Source of the DNA: a bacterium
Lineage (GTDB): Bacteria; SZUA-182; DTGQ01
DNA length: 64,000 nt
Assembly: GCA_040752695.1 (NCBI GenBank)
Contig: JBFMGO010000012.1
Span: forward strand, 16,737 to 80,736
Direction of reading: 5' to 3'
Part shown: positions 8,979-17,942 of the stretch, one piece after another
How the letters are laid out: every line of letters starts with the position of its first letter
Numbering within the stretch: the stretch's first letter is position 1
Program-made: the position numbers and the translations under genes
The notes under the pieces: model-generated
Databases searched by the model: none
Seen by the model: only the letters and a program-made list of their open reading frames with translations
What the model was told of the DNA's origin: nothing

Positions 8979-11897
8979 ATGCATTCAGGGTGGAGAAGAT
9001 CGTGGGTGAGCATAGCGGTATTGCTTTTGGGGGTGATATTTTGGGATTTTATTGGTGCGGGAAATGCGGGGGCTTTTCTTGGCCAGCAGGGAGATCGAAA
9101 GGAGTTTCAGGAGGAGGAGGACGTTCCTCAAGGGAAGTACCGGTACCTGATGGATATACAAGAGCGCAAGAGAGTCCAGGGGGGAGTGGCCCTAACAACG
9201 GGCAGAAGGATGAGAAATCAGAACCTTCATAAGCTTACAAATATGATTGGTTCCGATTGGCGTGTTATTTCGGTTAATCATGTGACCGGCGCTCCTCGAC
9301 AGGTCATTCGGGATGACACCGACGAGCCTGCTGCTTCAGGACTGTGGAGAAGGCTGTTCAAGAGTCCGGAAGATCTGGTGGATGATGCCAGGCAGTTTGT
9401 ACAGGAGAATGCAGATATTTTTCAATTGGGGGACTCAGCAATCCAGTTTGTCAGAACAACCGAGAGTGCAGGGGCCTGGTGCGTAGATTTCCAACAGGAA
9501 TATCAAGGTGTTTTGGTTTATGGAAGCAGAATCAGTTTTCGGTTTGACAACTCTTATCAATTGATAGGCTTTGGTGTGGATACTTTTCCTGGTATAGCTC
9601 TTGAAGTGACCCCATCGATTGATGAGACGAAAGCCTGGGAGGCAACAGCGCAGCATCTGGGGATTCCATCCGGTTATGGTTATAAGACCAGGCTGGTCAT
9701 CCTTCCCGCTCTTTTGGAGGATGATCTGCAATACTTTTTAGCCTGGATGGTGGATGTAGAGGGGGTATGGCGCTACTTTGTAGATGCCCTAAATGGGCAT
9801 CTCATCAGTCGTTATGACCTCACCCGTCCAGCGGTATCCGGCCGGATTCAGGGTTATATTTTCCCCCAGTTCCCCGACTTAAAGACAAGGGAGTTGAAAC
9901 CGCTCATGGACCAGCACGTTTACCTTTTGAATAAAAGTGAAAAGGTATATGAGGCACTGTTTGATGGTAATCGGCCCCAGGGCTGGATGCCGGAGGGTCT
10001 GTGGGAGTATGGTCAGCCGAAGCCGGTAGATCCGCTCACCATAATAGGGCATGGCGGCCCCCCTGACCCGAATTCAGGGCATACGGGAGCCAATGTGTAC
10101 GGGTATAATCTCTCAGGAGATTATACCAACCTGATGAGGCCTGCGTATCTGACTACACCGCAGATTGGTTTCGACTTCGCCATCAATAACAGTATCACCG
10201 CGATCAACAGCAAGTCTCGATTGATCCTGCTATTCTGGCGCTGGCTGGGAGTTTATAAAGAGTACACTGAGAACGAGGCCACGGGAGCTCGCACCTATTA
10301 CGACCGGGCCTCTATCGAGATCTCCTCCAATGGTGGCTCGACCTGGGATACTGCCTGGTCCAACGGATCGGGGCAAGTTGAAGATGCCGTTTATCGCGAA
10401 GGCGCGTGGCATGGTGGCTGGAACCTTCAGGCATATGATATTTCTCCCTATATAGGTGACAGCAATCAGGTGATCATCCGCTGGGGTATGGGGGCTACCG
10501 ATAACTCGGGAGTCTTTTGCGGATGGAATATCGATGATATGGAAGTGCTGCGGGCGCAGGAGGACCGGACCGACTCCAATGGATATTTCAGCTTCGATCC
10601 GACCTGGGATCCCAATGCTACCATGACCATTATGGCCAAATTGGCCGGAAGGTATGTAGAAGTAAGTAGTGAAGATGAGAAGGACGCTCTCTATTTACTT
10701 GAAAATATTACTGATCCATACGATAATCCAAATATCAATGCCAATCTCTCAACCTACGATGAAGTGAATGTTTACTATCACATAAACAGGATGCTTCAGT
10801 ATATCAAGCAGGTTGACCCCGAATTCGACGGCATGGACCGTGATGGGCAGAAAGGGCCGGTCAGGGTAATCACCCGCTGGGGAGATTACTATACCAATGC
10901 CTTCTGGACCTCAGATAATCGGATCTATTTTGGGGAGGGTGACGGGAAGATCGACGGCTATCGCAATTTCGCCCTTTACGCCGATATCATTTACCACGAA
11001 TATACCCACGCGATAACTGAAAGCTATTATTCCTACTTCATGCCAATGCTCCCGGACGTAAGCGAGCGGCCTGCTACGAGCACCGATACGACGACTGATC
11101 AGCAGCGAGTACTGACTACGGAGCTGGATGCCATGCACGAGGCATTCTCTGACTACTGGGCAGCGGTTTTGACCGATGACCCGAAGCTCGGAAACGGTGG
11201 TTTTTGGATTGGTCATGATTATGTCCGGCGTCTTGACAAGGATGAAAATTATCCCCGGGTTTATAAGTATCCGGATGATTATGGGGATGACGCTTACGCC
11301 AACAGTCTGATTCTGTCCACCGCCATGTGGGATGTCCGCAAGGCACTCGAAGAGACGGGAGATGAAAAGGATGCTGATAAATTGTTCCATTTTGCCCGGG
11401 ACTTCGGCCCTACGACCTTTTCCGATTACCTGCAAGCGATCATAGAGCAGGATAAGAATCGCTTCAAAAGCACGCATTCGTCACTGATCAAGCGACTTTT
11501 TGGGGCACACGGCATCAGCAAGGCTCCCCGTATCCCTGAAAATCCCGTTGGTACCGCGGGTGACAAGTCAGTTCACCTGACCTGGGTAGCCCCGAACGAC
11601 CCTGATATCGTTGGATATCACGTATACTACCGTACCGAGAACGACATCGAAACCAGCAGGGAAGATCCCAGTGTCCAGATAGATGTCAAGAATGTCACTT
11701 CTTTTACCGTTGAAGGATTGACCAATGAAACGACTTATGTTTTGAAGGTCAAATCCTATAACGAGTATGGCACGGAAAGCGAATCCTCTGATTACGTGTA
11801 TGCAACTCCTTATGATCCGGCAACCAAATACAGGGCTCTTTCCAGTGGAAGTAATGACAGCAATGTTGGACTTTGCTTCATAGGGGCTATCCGATAA
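8979..11897 (+). CDS. Secreted M4/M36-like zinc metallopeptidase with FTP/PepSY-like propeptide, inserted beta-sandwich, FN3 and CFI-box-like C-terminus
   Basis: N-terminal hydrophobic segment; FQQEYQGVLVYG; YFGEGDG; HEYTH plus AMHEAFSD; FN3-like LTWVAP...GLTNETTY; ends SNVGLCFIGAIR. Confidence 0.8.
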   Translation: MHSGWRRSWVSIAVLLLGVIFWDFIGAGNAGAFLGQQGDRKEFQEEEDVPQGKYRYLMDIQERKRVQGGVALTTGRRMRNQNLHKLTNMIGSDWRVISVNHVTGAPRQVIRDDTDEPAASGLWRRLFKSPEDLVDDARQFVQENADIFQLGDSAIQFVRTTESAGAWCVDFQQEYQGVLVYGSRISFRFDNSYQLIGFGVDTFPGIALEVTPSIDETKAWEATAQHLGIPSGYGYKTRLVILPALLEDDLQYFLAWMVDVEGVWRYFVDALNGHLISRYDLTRPAVSGRIQGYIFPQFPDLKTRELKPLMDQHVYLLNKSEKVYEALFDGNRPQGWMPEGLWEYGQPKPVDPLTIIGHGGPPDPNSGHTGANVYGYNLSGDYTNLMRPAYLTTPQIGFDFAINNSITAINSKSRLILLFWRWLGVYKEYTENEATGARTYYDRASIEISSNGGSTWDTAWSNGSGQVEDAVYREGAWHGGWNLQAYDISPYIGDSNQVIIRWGMGATDNSGVFCGWNIDDMEVLRAQEDRTDSNGYFSFDPTWDPNATMTIMAKLAGRYVEVSSEDEKDALYLLENITDPYDNPNINANLSTYDEVNVYYHINRMLQYIKQVDPEFDGMDRDGQKGPVRVITRWGDYYTNAFWTSDNRIYFGEGDGKIDGYRNFALYADIIYHEYTHAITESYYSYFMPMLPDVSERPATSTDTTTDQQRVLTTELDAMHEAFSDYWAAVLTDDPKLGNGGFWIGHDYVRRLDKDENYPRVYKYPDDYGDDAYANSLILSTAMWDVRKALEETGDEKDADKLFHFARDFGPTTFSDYLQAIIEQDKNRFKSTHSSLIKRLFGAHGISKAPRIPENPVGTAGDKSVHLTWVAPNDPDIVGYHVYYRTENDIETSREDPSVQIDVKNVTSFTVEGLTNETTYVLKVKSYNEYGTESESSDYVYATPYDPATKYRALSSGSNDSNVGLCFIGAIR

Positions 11898-11962
11898 AGG
11901 ATACTCTCAGAGAATAGGGATACCCTCATAGAAGAGATCCCGGCAGGTATAAAAATTCACCC

Positions 11963-12011
11963 GAGGCACCGAAACAGAAAGAGTCAGGCTCATGCTCCGT
12001 TTCGGTGCCTC
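11963..12011. terminator. Inverted repeat between convergent genes
   Basis: 13-bp perfect arms GAGGCACCGAAAC / GTTTCGGTGCCTC. Confidence 0.6.
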
Positions 12012-12104
12012 TTGAGCTTTCTTCCTGAAGGTGCTTTTGCCTTTGAGTTCAAAGAAAGCGGCTATCCGAACTGAATAGGGGTTTACCCAGCCATGAATAG
12101 CGGC

Positions 12105-12653
12105 TTATCCAAAAATGATCTGATAAAGAGCTTCCCCCTTTTGCCGGATTTCTTCTTCGGTAAGGCCCTTGAGCTCGTGCGGAAAAACAACCCATTGGTC
12201 AACCTCTCTCAGATAGAAATCAGGCACGATAGTGGTCTGATTCTTGCTTGGTTTAAAAAAAATGGTAGCCACCTTAATTTCGGGCCTTTTTTCGCTGGCC
12301 CTGTGTTGAATAGCCTGGATTACCGAAGAGAGGGTTCGCCCGGTATCGAAAATATCGTCTACAATCAGAATCCTGCATTCCTCGTGAATGAGCGATAAGG
12401 CATGCTCCAATCCATCGATATGCACCTCCCCTGGGCACTCGATCCCCTTATAGGCATGCACTTTGATAACCGTATGTGCCAGGCTGAGGCCTTTAAAGGT
12501 CAGGAATTCGTGAATAGCGATTCCCGGCGGAGTTCCTCCTCTCCAGATCCCGATCAAGAGATTCGGGAAATAATGACTTTCATAGATCCTGCGGGCCAGG
12601 GTAAAAGAATCAAGCAGCAACCTGTTGGCATCGACATAGTTTTTTTCAGTCAT
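12105..12653 (-). CDS. Type I phosphoribosyltransferase (purine PRTase-like)
   Basis: GIWRGG, PRPP loop ILIVDDIFDTGRT, WVVFPHE. Confidence 0.88.
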   Translation of the reverse strand: MTEKNYVDANRLLLDSFTLARRIYESHYFPNLLIGIWRGGTPPGIAIHEFLTFKGLSLAHTVIKVHAYKGIECPGEVHIDGLEHALSLIHEECRILIVDDIFDTGRTLSSVIQAIQHRASEKRPEIKVATIFFKPSKNQTTIVPDFYLREVDQWVVFPHELKGLTEEEIRQKGEALYQIIFG

Positions 12654-12800
12654 GAAAGATCCTTTCCCATCAATGCGTATTGTGGAAAATGGGTATGTAA
12701 AACAGTATCGTCACAAGGATCATTTTAGGGGAATTATCAAAGTATTTCAAGGATTAATTTAAGGGGAAGGGATAAGAATTACTTCAAGGAGGAGAGAGTT

Positions 12801-12839
12801 GAAAAAGAGGGATGACCACATCGGCCATCCCTCTTTTTC
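12801..12839. terminator. Intrinsic terminator downstream of GGLY-repeat gene 1
   Basis: GAAAAAGAGGGATG...CATCCCTCTTTTTC, A/T tracts on both sides. Confidence 0.75.
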
Positions 12840-12883
12840 TTTTTACTATGGAGGGCAGAAAAAGTGCTTCTGCCCTGAAAATA

Positions 12884-13753
12884 TCATAACCGGCCGACAG
12901 AAAATACTCCGGTATCGGTCTTCAGGAACAGAGGATCGTGAATATAGTAGGTTCCCTGAATAATAGCAGGCAGGGTCAGGGTGGCAGCGCTGAAAGAGCA
13001 GTTCAATGTCAATGTGTAGGTGGTGAGGGCCAAGGGGTTAAAGTAGGTTCCGGTAAGAGTGAAGGTGGGAGCGTTATTATATCCCGATACGTTGATAGAT
13101 ATCGGGATCAGTTTGTTCGCGATTAATCCGGCTGTTCCGGTGATGGTAACAGACAGAATGTCGTAAACGAGATTCATGGTCATGGTACCGGTATTGGTGG
13201 CCAGCGTGCTTGTCCAACTGCCATAATACAATCCGGTGACGTCAGGGAAAATGGGAATGGTAATGGACACGGTAGGAGTCACGGTGACGGTAGGTGTGAG
13301 AAGAAGACTGGTTCCCGTGCCTCCGGTAGTAAGAAGAACGTCCGATGCCCTGGTCAGGGCTTCAGAGCCGTTTCCAAGATAATATCTTCCCAATCCTCCG
13401 TAACTTCCCAGGCCATAGAGTCCGCCATACAACCCGCCATAGAGTCCGCCATACAACCCGCCATAGAGTCCGCCATACAACCCGCCATAAAGTCCGCCAT
13501 ACAACCCGCCATAAAGTCCCCCATAGAGTCCGCCATACAACCCGCCGTAAAGGCCTCCATAGAGTCCTCCGTAGCCGTAAAGGCCAAGGCCATACAACCC
13601 TCCGTAAAGTCCGCCTCCGTAGAGGCTGGTTCCGTAGAGTCCGCCATAACCGTAGCTGTAGTATGCGTGGGCAACTCCATGAGTCATGAATAGTGAGGTT
13701 GCTGTGAATAATAAAACAATAACTAAAGATTTAACCTGAGTTAAACGAAACAT
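12884..13753 (-). CDS. Secreted Gly/Tyr-rich GGLY-repeat protein with C-terminal beta-rich domain (paralog 1)
   Basis: Signal peptide ending VAHA; mature start YY; long GGLY tract; RBS GGGAGG; C-terminal domain aligns with 35191-35991. Confidence 0.85.
   Translation of the reverse strand: MFRLTQVKSLVIVLLFTATSLFMTHGVAHAYYSYGYGGLYGTSLYGGGLYGGLYGLGLYGYGGLYGGLYGGLYGGLYGGLYGGLYGGLYGGLYGGLYGGLYGGLYGGLYGGLYGLGSYGGLGRYYLGNGSEALTRASDVLLTTGGTGTSLLLTPTVTVTPTVSITIPIFPDVTGLYYGSWTSTLATNTGTMTMNLVYDILSVTITGTAGLIANKLIPISINVSGYNNAPTFTLTGTYFNPLALTTYTLTLNCSFSAATLTLPAIIQGTYYIHDPLFLKTDTGVFSVGRL
13415..13570 (-). repeat. 13 consecutive 12-nt units encoding GGLY
   Basis: Mostly alternating GGCGGACTCTAT / GGCGGGTTGTAT, giving a 24-nt higher-order period. 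Confidence 0.95.
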
Positions 13754-13988
13754 AAATCAGTCCTCCCATAATAAAAAAGCTTACTCGAACCTGTCTCCCC
13801 CGTGAACCTAACATTCCCTAGGAATCTGACAAATAAATATTTGATAACTTTTGAAATTTCGATGGGTTTTGGTGATCTCAAGGCGCTGGAACTACTATAG
13901 GAACTCAACGAGAATAGGCATTTGACTGCTGTATAATGAGAGACGGACCCACCGCAAAAAAAATTACTCAAAAAGGTGAAGGCCTGCT

Positions 13989-14456
13989 TCATTTATTGAG
14001 CACGGTAATCACTTCGGCTGGCCGGATAACCTCTCCATCCTTTCTTTTATATCCTTTTCGCAGTACGGAAAGGATCTTTTCATTCTCCTGGCCAGGAGAT
14101 GCTTTTGTTTCCACTATCTTGCAGAGTCCGAAGACAGCCTTGTTATCTGGAAATTCGATCTGCTCTATTCCCCGTTGAAGGAGCACTCTCTGGATTTTCC
14201 TGTAGATGGAGCGAAAACTTTTCAGGGCCATCTGGGCAGGCCTGTCCCACTGTGCTTCCTTTTCTTCAATGCTTTGGAACACGTTTTCGAAGGAATCGAG
14301 GATCTCGAAAAGTTCCAGGTACAGCTCCTTTTCCCCCCTGGAGTGCTCATTTTGGAGGGAGGTAAGGGTAAAGGAAAGGTCCGCGATTTGCTTTTGAAAA
14401 TGGATCAACTTATGACGGATAAATTCCCTGGCCATATGCAACTCTGTTACCGGCAA
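13989..14456 (-). CDS. GrpE-like nucleotide exchange factor
   Basis: Coiled N-terminus, EILDSFE, C-terminal VLRKGY...VIRPAEVITV. Confidence 0.85.
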   Translation of the reverse strand: MPVTELHMAREFIRHKLIHFQKQIADLSFTLTSLQNEHSRGEKELYLELFEILDSFENVFQSIEEKEAQWDRPAQMALKSFRSIYRKIQRVLLQRGIEQIEFPDNKAVFGLCKIVETKASPGQENEKILSVLRKGYKRKDGEVIRPAEVITVLNK

Positions 14457-14762
14457 TTATTCCCCTTGAAATTTATCAAAGCAATGAAGTAATGGGAGAT
14501 CCTGAATACTGGTTTCACCCTGTATTTCGTCCTGTGATCGTTTGACCTCTGATTGAATCTCCTGAGTCCACGTTTGACTATCCAGAAAATAAACAAATTC
14601 GGCTATCTTCCGGGTGCACGGGTTCATCAGTTCTTTTTGAGCGTCAGCGATTTCCCGGGCTGTAAATTCTTTTCTCTGCAAGGCCAGGGGTACTGCCTGC
14701 ATGATTTCCTGCCGGGTGGCATCTTTTGGTATCTTCAAAACACGATAGGGGTTCATTTTCAC
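14457..14762 (-). CDS. Degenerate J-domain-like protein lacking HPD
   Basis: NPYRVLKIPKDATRQEI...LMNPCTR resembles J-domain helices; no HPD tripeptide. Confidence 0.7.
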   Translation of the reverse strand: MKMNPYRVLKIPKDATRQEIMQAVPLALQRKEFTAREIADAQKELMNPCTRKIAEFVYFLDSQTWTQEIQSEVKRSQDEIQGETSIQDLPLLHCFDKFQGE

Positions 14763-14801
14763 GTTTCCTCTTCCGGTTTATGCAGCCTGTTCCAGTCCGG
14801 C

Positions 14802-17045
14802 TTATATCTCCAGGTCCTTCAGTTCTTCAGCGATGTCTTCAAGAACGGGGTGGGAGGGATCGACTCTCTCACACTGGTGATAGAGGTCCCTCAGGAAGAG
14901 AATCTTTTTTTCGCGATCCAGGAGTGGACTATCCAATTCTTCCAGAACGACATCGATAAAATCAAAAAATGCTTCCTCTGCCTCATCACTCTCGGCATTG
15001 ATCGTGATCGTGGCGGCTTTTTTCACGTTTCCTTTGTCCAGTGCTCTGGTTAATTCCTCCAGAGCCTGCCTGGAGTGCATTTCCTGAAGCCCGCTCCTGG
15101 CAAATTCATTGCCGGGGTGAAGTTCCAGCGCCTTCTTTAAGATGCGCTCGACATCCTGTACTTTAATCAGCCCTGCAGAATACAATACGTTCGCTTTATA
15201 GCTCATGATATAGGAGGTGATTTCTAAAAGCTCACTGGATGTAATATGGCGGATCAAAACCTGCAACACTTCATCCATACTGATCAGTTTTTCCTGATTG
15301 TCTCCGATACCCTGGGCCAGGCGGATGATTTCTTTTTCGTATTCCTTGAACCTCTGAATCAGAGGGACGGCCTGAGTGAAGTATTTTTTCAGGTTGGTTT
15401 CACCTTTTTGCAGCCTCTCCATGCCCAGCCGGAAAAAAATTCTCTGGCGGCAGTAGTTCACGAACTCATCCTCTTTTTGGGCAGGAAGTGCAGCCATGGC
15501 CTCTTCAACCCTGTCCTTTTGAAGCAGCAGGAGGCTCATTCTGGCGGCAGAGAATGAGGCCCCGACAATCCAGAAACGCTCATCGTTTTCCCACCGCGGT
15601 CTTACCTCCCGCAATATGGCAAGGATGGAAGAGGAATGCCCGAAGCGTTCGGCAAAAGCGGGTGTGCATAGGGCATGACGCAGTTGGGCCGGCTTTGGGT
15701 CTTGCGCTTGCGTGATTTCACGAAGAAAGGTAACGGCCATTTGCTCTATTTCCCAGTGGGCCAGTATCTCCTTCAGCCTTCCTTCTTCCTCCTGCCTGGT
15801 CTCCCTCTGTCTGGTTTCTCCCTGCCTGGTTTTCCCCAGGCTGATTTCTCCCTGCCCTGATTTTTTCTGCCCTGTTTCTTTTTGCCTGGTTTTATAGTGT
15901 TGGATCAACTGATCAAGCTTTTGCTGAAGATTCAAGGTCAACTGATCCTGACCTTCTGCCGTGGGCAAATCTTTCTGATCACGCAGATTGAAGGGAGCCA
16001 GATACTTCGGATTATGGATGACAGTCAGCCAGAAGGTGATGGCCTCCGGCAGGTATTCGGCGTTGGTCTCAGCCAGGCGATAGTAAACCTTGGCCAGGAT
16101 AACGGGCAGGAATTCCTCGCTCTCTCCGCTCTCCTGCAAAGGGATCGGATGTCGAACGGACAAAAAATCCAGTATGGCTTCGAATTTTCCCTGTTGCCAC
16201 AATTCCTCGAGGTGATGGAGGCGCATGGACCTGACACACTGCCGCACAAGGGAAAGAGCAGGATAACAGGAAAGGAGATTGACCGCTTCCTGATAGGCAG
16301 ACTCAAATTCCCCCTCCAGCCTCGATCTATGCAAAAGATCACGGACCGCTATCTCCAGGAGTTTTTCCCTCTGCCGGTTCAATTCCGGCCTGGCCTGACC
16401 GATCATCTCCCATTGCCTGAGTGCCTCGCCGTAGTGCCCGAGTCTGGCCAGGGCATATCCGGCATAGTATCGAATTTCCGGGTCCTTTGAAAGTGATTGT
16501 TCCAGGAGCCAGGCTGCTTCGGTATACGACCCCTGCTTCACCAGGCAGATTCCCATACGGTCTTTCGCTTGCGGATTATCCTCCCATTCCAGCACTTCCT
16601 TGTAGCGCTCTATCGCCTCGGCGTATCGCCGTTCGGCTTCGAGCCGAAAGCCAGGGTCCAGGGTCGGTTTCGGCAATTTGCTTTGCAGTTTTTCGGCTAG
16701 TATCCGGATTTCCCTGTTTTCCCATGCTTCCAGGGACCGCTGGAAAGTCTTGAAGGCATCCTTCAGCTTTTTTTCCCGCTCCAGTTGATAGCCCTGCCTC
16801 ATCAAATCCTGAGCCAGGGCCATCCGTCCTGCATTCTCCTCGCAGGCATGAATCCGATTTTGGAGCTCTTCGGACGGATATATCTGCTGTGCCTCGGTAA
16901 AGTGATGCCTGGCTGATCCGAACTTCTCTTTTTGGAAAAGCTTTTCCGCCTTTTCCAGAAGTTCCTGGTATTTTTTCCTGTTTGCGCGATCGTCAGGGGG
17001 ACTCTGGCCGAACTCAATCTTTTTTTCTTGAGAGCTTTGTCCCAT
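14802..17045 (-). CDS. Large tetratricopeptide-repeat protein
   Basis: Repeated TPR-like helices such as YYAGYALARLGHYGEALRQW and LKKALELHPGN. Confidence 0.85.
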   Translation of the reverse strand: MGQSSQEKKIEFGQSPPDDRANRKKYQELLEKAEKLFQKEKFGSARHHFTEAQQIYPSEELQNRIHACEENAGRMALAQDLMRQGYQLEREKKLKDAFKTFQRSLEAWENREIRILAEKLQSKLPKPTLDPGFRLEAERRYAEAIERYKEVLEWEDNPQAKDRMGICLVKQGSYTEAAWLLEQSLSKDPEIRYYAGYALARLGHYGEALRQWEMIGQARPELNRQREKLLEIAVRDLLHRSRLEGEFESAYQEAVNLLSCYPALSLVRQCVRSMRLHHLEELWQQGKFEAILDFLSVRHPIPLQESGESEEFLPVILAKVYYRLAETNAEYLPEAITFWLTVIHNPKYLAPFNLRDQKDLPTAEGQDQLTLNLQQKLDQLIQHYKTRQKETGQKKSGQGEISLGKTRQGETRQRETRQEEEGRLKEILAHWEIEQMAVTFLREITQAQDPKPAQLRHALCTPAFAERFGHSSSILAILREVRPRWENDERFWIVGASFSAARMSLLLLQKDRVEEAMAALPAQKEDEFVNYCRQRIFFRLGMERLQKGETNLKKYFTQAVPLIQRFKEYEKEIIRLAQGIGDNQEKLISMDEVLQVLIRHITSSELLEITSYIMSYKANVLYSAGLIKVQDVERILKKALELHPGNEFARSGLQEMHSRQALEELTRALDKGNVKKAATITINAESDEAEEAFFDFIDVVLEELDSPLLDREKKILFLRDLYHQCERVDPSHPVLEDIAEELKDLEI

Positions 17046-17100
17046 AGTATGATTTCCCTCTCTGTTCTCTCTTACTTATGTGTTTCTTTGTACCTTTTTC

Positions 17101-17940
17101 TTATGACAGGTCGGGCAGAAGGACCTTTATCCTTTGACCGGGTTCAAGATGCAGGTCGGGATTCATCCGCTGGATTGTGGAGAACTGGTCGCCGGATTTG
17201 TAAAATTTACTGGATAGAGTCACCGGAGTATCACCTGCCTGGACCTGATACCACAGATAGACATATTGCCCTTGGCGCTCGACGGAGCGGTTAAAGGCAG
17301 AAACGGCATCTTTTGGGTTTTCCAATATCTTAAGCCTTTGTCCGGCTTTTATTTTATAGATATCTATCTGAGGATTCATAACCAGCAAAACCGGATAGTA
17401 GCGGCCGGACTGGTAAAACCGCTCTGATATCCCCCACAGGGTGTCGGTGTCCGTAGTTTCATACCAGAAAAATTGGGCGGCCAGCGGTGTTACGGTCTGT
17501 TCTTTCTCTTCAGCCGGGAGACGTTCTCTGTCTTCATCAGGCTGAGTGTCTGCCCTGCTCTGTGCCGGTCTGCTGCTCTGAGTCGGACCGCTTTGATCCG
17601 GCCTGCTCTGGGCCGGGCCTTCTTCTCCCTGCTCAACCTTTCTCATCAGTGTCTGCACTGACCGGTCAACAATTTTTAGATATTCCTGATTACTCCTCAG
17701 GGTTTGGGTGATCATAACGTTTTGGTGAAGCATCCATCCCATGCCCGTCAGGATAAAAAGGGCCAGCAGCGCTTTCAGCCACATAGGCATCCTTTTCTGT
17801 GCCGGTTTGCCCGCTTCGTGTTCCGACAATGCATCCAGCACCTGAAAGCAGGTCAGATCCGCATTGCATTGGGGGCACTTTTGCCTGTCTTGTGGAATCT
17901 GCTCTTTTCCGCAGACCGGACAGTGTTGGGTTTTGTGCAT
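17101..17940 (-). CDS. Zinc-ribbon / transmembrane / double-LysM protein
   Basis: CPVCG...CPQCN; TM WLKALLALFILTGMGWML; DTLWGISERFY...NPQI and YQVQAGDTPVTLSSKFY...NPDL. Confidence 0.8.
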   Translation of the reverse strand: MHKTQHCPVCGKEQIPQDRQKCPQCNADLTCFQVLDALSEHEAGKPAQKRMPMWLKALLALFILTGMGWMLHQNVMITQTLRSNQEYLKIVDRSVQTLMRKVEQGEEGPAQSRPDQSGPTQSSRPAQSRADTQPDEDRERLPAEEKEQTVTPLAAQFFWYETTDTDTLWGISERFYQSGRYYPVLLVMNPQIDIYKIKAGQRLKILENPKDAVSAFNRSVERQGQYVYLWYQVQAGDTPVTLSSKFYKSGDQFSTIQRMNPDLHLEPGQRIKVLLPDLS

Positions 17941-17942
17941 TT

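Noticed and set aside
13415..13570. Regular repeat array as a possible CRISPR
   Set aside because: 12-nt contiguous units with no spacers, in frame within a CDS; no cas genes seen in the window
13345..13689. Alternative ORFs with RHRVRHTT or MAGCMADS repeats
   Set aside because: Other-frame readings of the GGLY tract; only the GGLY frame has an RBS, signal peptide and paralog
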